A stretch of 64,000 nucleotides of DNA from an uncultured Eubacteriales bacterium (GCA_964545475.1 CAZJGG010000007.1:1103-65102), one strand, 5' to 3'. Positions 30,007 through 38,749 are shown, numbered from the stretch's first letter. Notes: generated by a model not told the origin, from the letters alone. A program made the numbers and translations.

Positions 30007-31230
30007 TTGTCTATAGTATCTGTCATTGCTGAATATAACCCTTTTCATAACGGTCATTTATACCATCTTAACAAAGCAAAGCAAATAACAGGTTCGGAAA
30101 ATGCCGTTGTTGTGTTAAGCGGAAATTTTGTTCAAAGAGGCGAACCAGCCATACTTGATAAATATTGCCGAACTAAAATGGCATTAAATGCGGGAGCAGA
30201 TTTGGTTATAGAGCTTCCCGTTTATTATGCCTCGGCCAGCGCTGAGTTTTTTGCATATGGAGCAATAAAAATATTAAATTCTATTGGCATATCGGAAAGC
30301 ATATGCTTTGGTTCTGAATGCGGGGATATAGAGATTTTAAAACAAATCTCCTATATGTTGGCAAATGAAAACAATGAATTTAAAGAAAACCTTAAACACA
30401 ATTTATCAAAAGGGATAAGTTACCCAAAAGCAAGGGAATTATCTGTTAATACAGAGCTTTCAGAATACTTAAACCAGCCTAACAATATTTTAGCAATAGA
30501 GTATATTAAACAGATTATAAAAACTGATAGTAAGCTGATTCCCTTTACGTTTAAACGAGAAATTGCAGGATACCATGATACCACTTTATATGAAACAATT
30601 CAATCTGCAACGGCAATTCGTCATTCAATCTTAAATTTTGAAACAGAAAAGACACAAAATGTTATGCCGGAAAGCTCGTACAATATTCTAAAAAATGAAT
30701 TGGAAAACGGTATGCACACTGCAGAATTTAACAATTTAAGTTATATTCTCCATTATATCATAAGAAACAATGGTTTGCAATATTTAATGAATATAGAGGG
30801 AATGACCGAAGGGATTGAAAACAGGCTTATAAAGGCGTGTTATGAGAAATTTTATATAGACGATATTATAAAACATATAAAAACAAAACGATATACGTTT
30901 ACAGCAATTCAAAGGCTTGTTTTACGGTGCTTGTTAGGGATAACAAAAGAAGATACCCAGTTTTTTATGGAAATGAGAGGCCCGCAGTATATTAGGGTTT
31001 TAGGCTTTAGAAAAGAAAGCGCCCATTTGCTTGCCCAAATAGAGCAAAAAGCAAGCCTCCCGCTTATTACAAATATAAAACATGCCGACAAAATTTTGCC
31101 GGAAGCAGCTTTAAAAATGCTTGATAAAGAAATAAAAACGACAGATATTTACTATATGTCCACAAATAATTACAAAAACAAACCGACGCCAAAACTCATT
31201 GAGTATAGAAAACCTGTTATAGTGGTTTAG
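30007..31230 (+). CDS. tmcAL: TmcAL/YlbM-family nucleotidyltransferase (tRNA-Met cytidine acetate ligase family)
   Basis: N-terminus VIAEYNPFHNGHLYHLNKAK is typical of the YlbM/UPF0348 family. TTG start. Confidence 0.75.
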   Translation: MSIVSVIAEYNPFHNGHLYHLNKAKQITGSENAVVVLSGNFVQRGEPAILDKYCRTKMALNAGADLVIELPVYYASASAEFFAYGAIKILNSIGISESICFGSECGDIEILKQISYMLANENNEFKENLKHNLSKGISYPKARELSVNTELSEYLNQPNNILAIEYIKQIIKTDSKLIPFTFKREIAGYHDTTLYETIQSATAIRHSILNFETEKTQNVMPESSYNILKNELENGMHTAEFNNLSYILHYIIRNNGLQYLMNIEGMTEGIENRLIKACYEKFYIDDIIKHIKTKRYTFTAIQRLVLRCLLGITKEDTQFFMEMRGPQYIRVLGFRKESAHLLAQIEQKASLPLITNIKHADKILPEAALKMLDKEIKTTDIYYMSTNNYKNKPTPKLIEYRKPVIVV

Positions 31231-33001
31231 TTGCATCTTTAAGCCAAACTTTTTCATCTTCGGACAAATAAGGGCTTAGCTTTTCATAAACCGTTTTATG
31301 ATATTTATTAAGCCAATCCAATTGATCTGTTGTTAGCATATCCTTTTCTATGCCGTTTAAGTCTATAGGGCAATAGGAAAATGTTTCAAAACATAAAAAT
31401 TCTCCAAATTCCGTTGTTGAATGGGGAACAACTTTAACTGTATTTTCCGTGCGTATGCCGTATTGGTTTTCACGGTAAATCCCCGGTTCGTTGGTCATTA
31501 TCATGCCGATTTCCAGCTTGATAGAATTGCTCTGCATTCTAATGGAATGCGGACCTTCATGTACGTTAAGGAAAAAGCCTAATCCATGGCCTGTTCCGCA
31601 TTTATAATCAAGACCGTTTTGCCACATAGGGTATCTGGATAAAATATCTAAATTTGTGCCGGAAGCTCCGTACAGGAATTTAGCAGTTGCCAAGTTAATA
31701 TGGGAAATTAGAACAAGGGTGAAGTCTTTTTTCATTTCAGGGGTAATTTCCCCTAAAACTATTGTTCTTGTAATATCTGTAGTGCCGTAAAGGTATTGCC
31801 CGCCGGAGTCTACCAAAAGCATACCTTTCGGCATGATTTTGTCGTGTTTAACTTCCGTTGCGCTGTAATGCATCATTGCGGCGTTTCCCATATAAGCCGC
31901 TATTGTTGAGAAACTCGGCATAACGAAGTTTTCTCCCATTTGCCTGAACTTAAGAAGAGCATCGTCAACGTTATATTCTGTAAGTTCGCCTGTTCCGGCG
32001 TTTTCTTTTACCCATTTTATAAAGCGCACCATAGCAACGCCGTCTATAACATTAGCCTTTTCTAAATTTAAAAGCTCCACATCGTTTTTAACCGCTTTAA
32101 GAGATGTAGTATAATCCGGGGTTGTTTCCATATAATTAAGCCCGGTAATTGCTAGGCTTAATGAAAATGAAGTCGTCAGAGGGTTAAGGGCTATGTTAAT
32201 GTATCTGTCGCAGTTTGAATACTGTTCTAAATAGGCTTTAACATCTTCATATTCTTTAACAGAAATTCCGTCGTTTTCCAAAAGCTCTTTAACATCTTTA
32301 GCTTTTTCGCCGTGTATAAACAAAGTAGCGCTTTCTTCATCTATTACGGCAAAAGCGGCGAAAAATGTGCAGTGCAAGGAATCATTTCCTCTTAGATTAA
32401 AAAGCCAAGCAATATCGTCAAGAGAGGATATTACATAAACGTTTACACCGTCTTGGTCCATTTTTTCACGAACAGCCTTAATTTTGTCTGTTCGGCTTTT
32501 TCCGCAGTATTTTTCTAAAAAGTTATAAACAGGGGCAACGCTTGTTTGTGGTCTATCCGTCCAAATTTTGCCGCAAAGGTCTAACTCGGTTTCAAGCTTT
32601 ATTTGTTTATGCTTAACAAGCTTTTGAAGCTTTCGACCTACTTCAAAAGAAAGGGTTCTGCCGTCGAAGCCGATTTTTCCCTCTTTTTTTGTTTCGTCCT
32701 TTGCAAATTCTAAATAATCTTTAGTTTTTGGGTCTGAAGTTTTTAAAACCTGAAATTCCGTTCCTTTTGTTTGGTTAACGGCTTGAACATCATATCGTCC
32801 GTCTACCCATAGGCAAGCTTTATCTTTTGTTATAACAACTGTCCCGGCAGAGCCTGTAAACCCTGAGATAAACATAACACCGTTCCAATAGTCGGGGCTG
32901 TATTCCGACTGATGAGGATCAAATTTAGTAATTATATATGTGTCTATACCCTCGCTTTCCATAAGTTGGCGTAATGCCTTTAGTTTGTCGTTAACTTCCA
33001 T
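31217..33001 (-). CDS. Aminopeptidase P family (M24B) Xaa-Pro aminopeptidase
   Basis: 594 aa. HGLGFFLNVHEGP and NEPGIY metal-site motifs with creatinase-like N-terminal domains. Confidence 0.85.
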   Translation of the reverse strand: MEVNDKLKALRQLMESEGIDTYIITKFDPHQSEYSPDYWNGVMFISGFTGSAGTVVITKDKACLWVDGRYDVQAVNQTKGTEFQVLKTSDPKTKDYLEFAKDETKKEGKIGFDGRTLSFEVGRKLQKLVKHKQIKLETELDLCGKIWTDRPQTSVAPVYNFLEKYCGKSRTDKIKAVREKMDQDGVNVYVISSLDDIAWLFNLRGNDSLHCTFFAAFAVIDEESATLFIHGEKAKDVKELLENDGISVKEYEDVKAYLEQYSNCDRYINIALNPLTTSFSLSLAITGLNYMETTPDYTTSLKAVKNDVELLNLEKANVIDGVAMVRFIKWVKENAGTGELTEYNVDDALLKFRQMGENFVMPSFSTIAAYMGNAAMMHYSATEVKHDKIMPKGMLLVDSGGQYLYGTTDITRTIVLGEITPEMKKDFTLVLISHINLATAKFLYGASGTNLDILSRYPMWQNGLDYKCGTGHGLGFFLNVHEGPHSIRMQSNSIKLEIGMIMTNEPGIYRENQYGIRTENTVKVVPHSTTEFGEFLCFETFSYCPIDLNGIEKDMLTTDQLDWLNKYHKTVYEKLSPYLSEDEKVWLKDATKPL

Positions 33002-33029
33002 TTAATTTCCCCCTGTTTTTTTATTAATT

Positions 33030-33192
33030 AATGTGAGTTTGATGAAAATTATAAAAAACATAATTTTCATCAAACTTTGATTATATTCCCACAATTTGCG
33101 GCAAAAACCGCCGTAAATTGTCGCTCATAACGTGAGAATTGCTCCGCAATTAAGCCGCTAAAGCGGCTTTTCGACTTTGTCGAACTCACGTT
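33030..33192. mobile_element. MITE family C, copy C1 (163 bp)
   Basis: TIR AATGTGAGTTTGATGAA / TTTGTCGAACTCACGTT, flanked by AATT/AATT. Near-identical to 36652-36814. Internal hairpins include GCCGCTAAAGCGGC followed by TTTT. Confidence 0.8.
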
Positions 33193-33194
33193 AA

Positions 33195-33437
33195 TTAATC
33201 CCTACACATGCTTGAAAGCTCGTTGTATTTATCTTCCCCGACGCAATCTTTTGCTACACTGCACCACTTTATACAGTCCTTGATGTTATTGTAAGCAACA
33301 AAATCGCAACATGAGCATTTGGTGTTTTCATCGTTGGAAAAAACCTCGATGCCTTTTCCGCATTTTGGGCATTTCTTTACTTCAAGAGATGGAGAGCCTG
33401 TTGCGCTTGCCGCTCCCGGGCATTTAAAAATTGGCAT
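33195..33437 (-). CDS. Cysteine-rich zinc-ribbon protein, function unknown
   Basis: CPKCG...CSCC plus CIKWC...C motifs. Start set at ATG 33437 (AGGTGA upstream), because the track TTG at 33491 would read into MITE A2. Confidence 0.55.
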   Translation of the reverse strand: MPIFKCPGAASATGSPSLEVKKCPKCGKGIEVFSNDENTKCSCCDFVAYNNIKDCIKWCSVAKDCVGEDKYNELSSMCRD

Positions 33438-33469
33438 AATATCACCTGTCTCTAAATTTTTTGCAAAGA

Positions 33470-33576
33470 GGGCGTATTGAGTATTGATCAAAAAATTTCA
33501 AAACGATGTAAAAACGCCCCTAAATCCGGTCGTTTTTACATCTGAAATTTTCCAAATAAGGATTATTCAACACGCC
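33470..33576. mobile_element. MITE family A, long form A2 (107 bp)
   Basis: Termini GGGCGTATTGA and TTCAACACGCCC. Exact 5-bp direct repeat AAAGA at 33465-33469 and 33577-33581. Confidence 0.8.
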
Positions 33577-33725
33577 CAAAGATAGTTTATCAATGCTTGT
33601 TTAGAGATATTATGTCTACATTTTAACAGAACAAACCATAAAGTTCAATAATATTGACTTATAATTGCCATCATGTTAAACTTTTAGAAAATGTTTAATC
33701 GTGTTTACAATGAAGGGATTCTTAA

Positions 33726-34739
33726 ATGAAGCGTATTCTCATTTATTTAATTTTATTATCATTTTCCCTAAGTGGATGTCAAAATAAAGAAAAAATAATA
33801 ACGGCGAGTAATTTTATGCTTAACACTGTTGTTGTTATTAACATATATGATAGCGAGGAAGAATCGTTAACTTCGGAATCTTTTAAGGAAATTGGCAGGT
33901 TGGAGAAAATATTATCCGCAGATTATGACGGCGGAGATTTATATAATTTAAATAAAGGCGAAGGCTTGCAAACAAAGGTTGCGCCGGAATTGTTTTATGT
34001 TTTAAAAGAAAGCATTAAATATTCAGAGCTTTCAGGTGGGATGTTCGATGCATCAATAGGACCATTGGTGAGCCTTTGGGAAATTAAGGATGGCACAGGA
34101 AACGTCCCAGAGGATAAGAAAATTGAGGAAGCTTTAAATTTAATTAACTATAAAGAAATAGAACTAACAGAGCCGTACAATGTTAAGCTTGGAAAAGATA
34201 TGAAAGTTCACTTAGGCGCAATTGCAAAGGGATATATAGCAGATTGCGTTAAAGATATGCTTATGGAAAAAGGGGTAAAAAGCGCAATAATTAACTTGGG
34301 AGGTAATGTACTGTTAATCGGGGGCAAGCCTGATGGAGGAGATTTTAAAGTGGGCATACAAAACCCATATGATTCCACCGGGAGTTATATAGGCATTGTT
34401 CGCGTAAAGGACAAAAGCATTGTTTCTTCCGGCTCTTATGAAAGGTTTTTTGAAAAAGACGGAAAAACATATCACCATATTTTAAATCCATTTACTGGCT
34501 TTCCGGCAGATAACGAGCTAATACAAACAACCATAATTTCGGAAAAATCATTAGATGGGGATGCCCTTTCTACAACAGCTTTTTTGCTGGGGCTAAAGGA
34601 CGGATACGCAATGATTGAGGGTTTAGAAAATACTGAAGCGATTTTTGTTACAAGGGATAAAAAAGTTTATCTGACTTCTGGGCTTGACGAAAAAATATTT
34701 ACTTTAACTAATAAAGATTATTCTGAAATGGAGATGTAA
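33726..34739 (+). CDS. apbE: FAD:protein FMN transferase (ApbE family) lipoprotein
   Basis: Lipobox LSLSGC. GAIAKGY, SGSYERFF and HHILNPFTG motifs. Confidence 0.85.
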   Translation: MKRILIYLILLSFSLSGCQNKEKIITASNFMLNTVVVINIYDSEEESLTSESFKEIGRLEKILSADYDGGDLYNLNKGEGLQTKVAPELFYVLKESIKYSELSGGMFDASIGPLVSLWEIKDGTGNVPEDKKIEEALNLINYKEIELTEPYNVKLGKDMKVHLGAIAKGYIADCVKDMLMEKGVKSAIINLGGNVLLIGGKPDGGDFKVGIQNPYDSTGSYIGIVRVKDKSIVSSGSYERFFEKDGKTYHHILNPFTGFPADNELIQTTIISEKSLDGDALSTTAFLLGLKDGYAMIEGLENTEAIFVTRDKKVYLTSGLDEKIFTLTNKDYSEMEM

Positions 34740-34742
34740 TAT

Positions 34743-35627
34743 ATGAATTATAAAATTGAAAATGAAATACTTGAAGTAACAATAAATACGTTAGGTGCAG
34801 AGCTTCAAAACGTTAGAAATAAAAAAAGCGGTATAGAATATATGTGGCAAGGTGAAGAAAGCATATGGAAAGACCGTGGGCCGAATTTATTTCCTGTTAT
34901 TGGTAGGCTAAAAGAGGGGAAATATTCTCTTGATGGCAAGGATTATTTTATAGATAGGCACGGTTTTGCAAAACATACTGAATTTAATGTTGTAAGCCAA
35001 GCAGATAACGAAATTGTGTTTTCTATAATGAATAATGAGAAAACATTAAAGGTTTATCCGTTTGAATTTGAATTTAGAGTAGTTTACACCCTTGATGAAA
35101 ATAAATTAATAAAAAAATATGAAGTTGTAAATTTAAGTGAAAATGTTATGTTTTACGAAGCAGGAGGGCATGACGGTTTTAGTCTGGAGTTAACCCAAGA
35201 TTATAAATTTGAGGATTATTTTCTCGAATTTAAGGGTAATGAGACTTTAAGCCAAATAACCCTTGACGAAAATGTTTTGCTTAATAAGGAAGAAGCCGTT
35301 TTTAAACTAGAAAACGGAAGAATAAACCTTAATATGGATTTATTTATAATTGATACTTTAATATTTAAGAATATTAAAAACAGCTGGGTTAAACTTGGCT
35401 CAAACAAACATAACTATTCTGTGGAATTAAATTTTGAGGGTTTTCCTTATTTAGCGGTTTGGACGAAATATTTGCCGGGAAATAACGCAAAATATTTATG
35501 TATAGAACCATGGACGTCTTTGCCGGACTGTAATTATTTGGGTTTTGAACTTGATAAAAAAGAGGGTATAAAGGCTGTATTGCCGGGAAGCAGAGATATT
35601 GCCGAATATACAGTTGCGTTTAATTAA
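34743..35627 (+). CDS. Aldose 1-epimerase family protein
   Basis: 294 aa. N-terminal pattern (LGAELQNV...NLFPVIGRLK) is typical of the LacX/YihR-like mutarotase fold. Confidence 0.7.
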   Translation: MNYKIENEILEVTINTLGAELQNVRNKKSGIEYMWQGEESIWKDRGPNLFPVIGRLKEGKYSLDGKDYFIDRHGFAKHTEFNVVSQADNEIVFSIMNNEKTLKVYPFEFEFRVVYTLDENKLIKKYEVVNLSENVMFYEAGGHDGFSLELTQDYKFEDYFLEFKGNETLSQITLDENVLLNKEEAVFKLENGRINLNMDLFIIDTLIFKNIKNSWVKLGSNKHNYSVELNFEGFPYLAVWTKYLPGNNAKYLCIEPWTSLPDCNYLGFELDKKEGIKAVLPGSRDIAEYTVAFN

Positions 35628-35680
35628 TATACGCTTCACCGAAATCCACTTGCGCCTTACCACCCGGGTGATACCCTTGA

Positions 35681-35954
35681 GGGCGTGTTGAATATTGATT
35701 AATAAATTTTAAAACGATGTAAAAATGCCCCTAAATCCGGTGGTTTTTACATCTAAGAGCCTGTTTGGAATCTCGCTTTTAGTGAATTTTTAAGCAAATT
35801 TTTTGAATCGAAAGGAAGTGGTGAACGTTCATACTAGAAGAAGTATGGGCGTTTGCCACTGACGCAGCGATTGGGAAAATTTGCCGAAAAGACAGTGAAA
35901 TGGAGATTCCAAACAGGCTCTAAAATTTTCCAAATGAGGATTACTCAACACGCC
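35681..35954. mobile_element. MITE family A copy A3 carrying a nested family B element
   Basis: Left 76 nt and right 34 nt align with A2. The right terminus is slightly degenerate (ACTCAACACGCC). Confidence 0.7.
35757..35920. mobile_element. MITE family B, long form (164 bp) nested in A3
   Basis: Perfect 18-bp TIR GAGCCTGTTTGGAATCTC, flanked by TAA/TAA. It splits sequence that is contiguous in A2. Confidence 0.8.
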
Positions 35955-36099
35955 TATTGTAAGAAGACGTAGCCATTTATTTATATATTTTGCTATGACG
36001 GTGGAATATATGTAATTTGATGTTAATATACAGCAATTGATTAAACGCAAAAAAATAGTTGCCTATGGGTTTTTGCCCAAAGACAACTATTTACTACTA

Positions 36100-36170
36100 C
36101 AGGGGTAGAAGGACTCGAACCCTCAAGAACGGTTTTGGAGACCGGCATGTTACCATTACATCATACCCCT
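36100..36170 (-). tRNA. tRNA-Trp (anticodon CCA)
   Basis: Manual cloverleaf: acceptor AGGGGTA/TACCCCT, D stem ATGT/ACAT, anticodon loop CTCCAAA, T arm GAGGG-TTCGAGT-CCTTC. No encoded CCA. Confidence 0.85.
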
Positions 36171-36184
36171 AAGCTGCATAAGCT

Positions 36185-36213
36185 ATATTACACTAAAAAG
36201 TAAAATTAGTCAA
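36185..36213 (-). promoter_or_regulatory. Sigma-A-like promoter of tRNA-Trp
   Basis: On the minus strand: TTGACT, 17 nt spacer, TAATAT. It ends about 14 nt before the tRNA 5' end. Confidence 0.55.
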
Positions 36214-36297
36214 GTAATTTTATTTAAATCTTGTAATTTTTAAATTGAGTAAATTCCACAGTGGAACGGATGGAGGAATTTAGAGCTTATCCCTTAT

Positions 36298-36340
36298 GGG
36301 CGTGTTGAAATTTTCCAAATAAGGATTATTCAACACGCCC
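36298..36340. mobile_element. MITE family A, short form A4 (43 bp)
   Basis: Perfect 12-bp TIR GGGCGTGTTGAA/TTCAACACGCCC. Exact 5-bp direct repeat CTTAT at 36293-36297 and 36341-36345. Confidence 0.8.
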
Positions 36341-36562
36341 CTTATTTTTTTGGTAATTTTTTAGTATTTCTGCCGAAGTGCACGGAAGCGGCGACGAAGC
36401 GCACTCGACAGCATGTACGTAAGAAGCCGCTAACAAAGCTATGCGGCAAAAAGATAAAAAAATACTAAAAAATTAATTTAGGGATAAGCTCTTAGTGTGG
36501 AACAGAAAAAGTAGTAGAATTAAGTCTGGAAAATAATTTTAGAACGAAGAGATACAATACCA

Positions 36563-36596
36563 AACATAACTGTTTATGTTTTTGCAAATGGCTATA
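36563..36596 (+). repeat. Motif E copy 2
   Basis: AACATAACTGTTTATGTTTTTGCAAATGGCTATA. Confidence 0.7.
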
Positions 36597-36651
36597 AATT
36601 AGCATAAACCTTGCCATTAAGCATTAGATTATATGTGAGTTTATATTATTT

Positions 36652-36814
36652 AATGTGAGTTCGACGAAAATTATAAAAAACATAATTTTCAACGAACTTT
36701 GATTATATTCCCACAATTTGCGACAAAAACCGCCGTAAATTATTGCTCATAACATGAGAATTGCTCCGCAATTAAGCCGCTAAAGCGGCTTTTCGACTTC
36801 GTCGAACTCACGTT
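36652..36814. mobile_element. MITE family C, copy C2 (163 bp)
   Basis: 17-bp TIR AATGTGAGTTCGACGAA / TTCGTCGAACTCACGTT, flanked by ATTT/ATTT. Confidence 0.8.
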
Positions 36815-37928
36815 ATTTAAGACTTTCAGGGTTTAAGCATTCTAATTCCGGCAATACAAAAATTCCATTTTTGCGAATAAGAACGTCATCGAAATAAATT
36901 TCTCCGCCGCCGTATTCTTCTGTTTGGATGCAAACCAAATCCCAATGGATTGCGCTGTCATTGCCGTTGCTTGCTTCTTCATAACAAGAGCCGGGGGTGA
37001 AATGGAAAGAGCCTTTAATTTTTTCATCAAATAAAGTATCTTTCATAGGTTTGCTAATATATGGGTTTACGCCTATGGCAAATTCACCAATGTATCTTGC
37101 GCCTTCGTCCGTGTCAAAAACTTTATTTATTCTTTCGGTGTCGTTTGCTTCTGCTTTTACAATTTTGCCGTTTTCAAAATGAAGACAAATATTATCAAAT
37201 GTAAAGCCGTGGAACAAGGACGGTGCGTTATATGTTAATATGCCGTTAATGGAATTTTTTACAGGGGCAGTGTAAACTTCTCCGTCTGGAATGTTTCTTA
37301 AACCGGAGCACTTTACTACACCAATGTCTTTTATTGAAAAGCTTAAATCTGTCCCTTTGCCTGTTATTCTAACTTTGTCCGTCTTTTCCATAAGCTTAAC
37401 AAGAGGACTCATTGCTTCTGCCATTTTTGCATAGTCTAAATTGCAAACGTTGTAATAAAATTCTTTAAAGCCTTCAATGCTTGTGCCGGAAAGCTGTGCC
37501 ATGCTCTGGTTTGGATAGCGCAAAACAACCCATTTTGTTTTTGCAACGCGAATTTCATGGTGAACAGGGTGATAATAATATTTTTGGTTTAAGTCCATTT
37601 TTTCGGAATCAACGTCGGAATGCTCATTGGTGTTAGAAGTAGCACGAATTCCGATATATGCATCCATTTCAGACATTCTTTTAGCATGAAATTCCGAATT
37701 TTTTTGAATTTGTTCTTTGGATAAACCTAATAAAATTTCTCTGTCTGTTGTTTCGTCATAAATTTCGCAGAAGGGAACGCCGCCGGCTTTGTAAACCTCT
37801 TTAATAATTAAGTTAAGTAGAGGAATTCCTGAAGTTCCTTTGCATTCAATTAAAACTTTTTCACCTTTTTGCAGGTTGCAGGAATAATTGACTAAATTTT
37901 TTGCAAGCTGCTGATTTCTTATATCCAT
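36813..37928 (-). CDS. M29-family aminopeptidase (AmpS/PepS-like)
   Basis: 371 aa with typical aminopeptidase II features (GEFAIGVNP, FHFTPGS). Start at ATG 37928 (AGGAG 7 nt upstream). Confidence 0.8.
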   Translation of the reverse strand: MDIRNQQLAKNLVNYSCNLQKGEKVLIECKGTSGIPLLNLIIKEVYKAGGVPFCEIYDETTDREILLGLSKEQIQKNSEFHAKRMSEMDAYIGIRATSNTNEHSDVDSEKMDLNQKYYYHPVHHEIRVAKTKWVVLRYPNQSMAQLSGTSIEGFKEFYYNVCNLDYAKMAEAMSPLVKLMEKTDKVRITGKGTDLSFSIKDIGVVKCSGLRNIPDGEVYTAPVKNSINGILTYNAPSLFHGFTFDNICLHFENGKIVKAEANDTERINKVFDTDEGARYIGEFAIGVNPYISKPMKDTLFDEKIKGSFHFTPGSCYEEASNGNDSAIHWDLVCIQTEEYGGGEIYFDDVLIRKNGIFVLPELECLNPESLK

Positions 37929-38043
37929 AAACATTCTCCTTAAATATAATTATTACAAGTTATTATAACTCTTTTTTTAGGGTTAATAAATTAAAATTTT
38001 ATTACGATTTTTTATATTGTAATAAAGATAAAGAATGGTCTAA

Positions 38044-38100
38044 GAGCCGGTTCAGAATCTCGCTTTTGGTGAACTTTTGAGTGAGACTTTGAGCAGGCTA
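38044..38100. mobile_element. MITE family B, short form (57 bp)
   Basis: GAGCCGGTTCAGAATCTCGCTTTTGGTGAA matches the left end of 35757-35920. The right end is an inverted copy. Flanked by TAA/TAA. Confidence 0.65.
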
Positions 38101-38211
38101 TAAGGCAGCTAAATGTCGATTCTTGACAAATTTTCTTTTTTAAACATCCCCTAGCATAAATATCACCTTTTATTAATAAGTTAGTCTAAGGAAAGCATCT
38201 TCTTTTATAGC

Positions 38212-38236
38212 TATAGCTATTTGCAAAAACATAAAC
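38212..38236 (-). repeat. Motif E copy 3 (reverse orientation), abutting the mntR-like RBS
   Basis: TATAGCTATTTGCAAAAACATAAAC is the reverse complement of the E core. Confidence 0.7.
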
Positions 38237-38255
38237 CCATAAGGAGGACGCCGTT

Positions 38256-38684
38256 TTGGATGAGAGTAACGGTTTTTTTACGTTTAAGGGCTATATTCAG
38301 ATTGACGAAAACGAAATCACGGCATCAATGGAAGACTACCTAGAAATGATTTTCAGGCTTTATGAACAAGGTGAGGTTATTAGAATAAGCAAACTATCGG
38401 AAATTCTTCACGTAAAGCCGTCATCTGCTTCAAAAATGGTTGTAAATCTTAAGGAAAAAGGGTTTGTGGAATTTGAAAAGTACGGCTATATTAACCTTAC
38501 TGATAAAGGGATAGGGCTTGGAAAATATCTGCTATTTAGGCATAATACAATAAGTGGTCTTCTATGTTACATAAATGATACAGAAGACGAATTAGAACAA
38601 GTTGAAAAAATAGAACACTTTATAAATCTTAAAACAGTTAATAATATGAAAAAACTTCTTGACAAATTAAGGGGGCACCCTTGA
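38256..38684 (+). CDS. DtxR/MntR-family metal-dependent transcriptional regulator
   Basis: 142 aa. MEDYLEMIFRL...ISKLSEILHVKPSSASKMV winged-helix region is typical of DtxR/MntR. TTG start after AAGGAGGA. Confidence 0.8.
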   Translation: MDESNGFFTFKGYIQIDENEITASMEDYLEMIFRLYEQGEVIRISKLSEILHVKPSSASKMVVNLKEKGFVEFEKYGYINLTDKGIGLGKYLLFRHNTISGLLCYINDTEDELEQVEKIEHFINLKTVNNMKKLLDKLRGHP

Positions 38685-38687
38685 GAG

Positions 38688-38708
38688 CTGTTTATGTTTT
38701 TGCAAATA
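38688..38708 (+). repeat. Motif E copy 4, starting 4 nt after the mntR-like stop
   Basis: CTGTTTATGTTTTTGCAAATA. Confidence 0.7.
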
Positions 38709-38724
38709 AGTTTGAAAATGGATT

Positions 38725-38749
38725 AGGCCGCCGGAAATTTCGGCGGCCT
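38725..38749. terminator. GC-rich hairpin between convergent genes
   Basis: AGGCCGCCG-N7-CGGCGGCCT. No strong T-tract on either strand. Confidence 0.45.
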
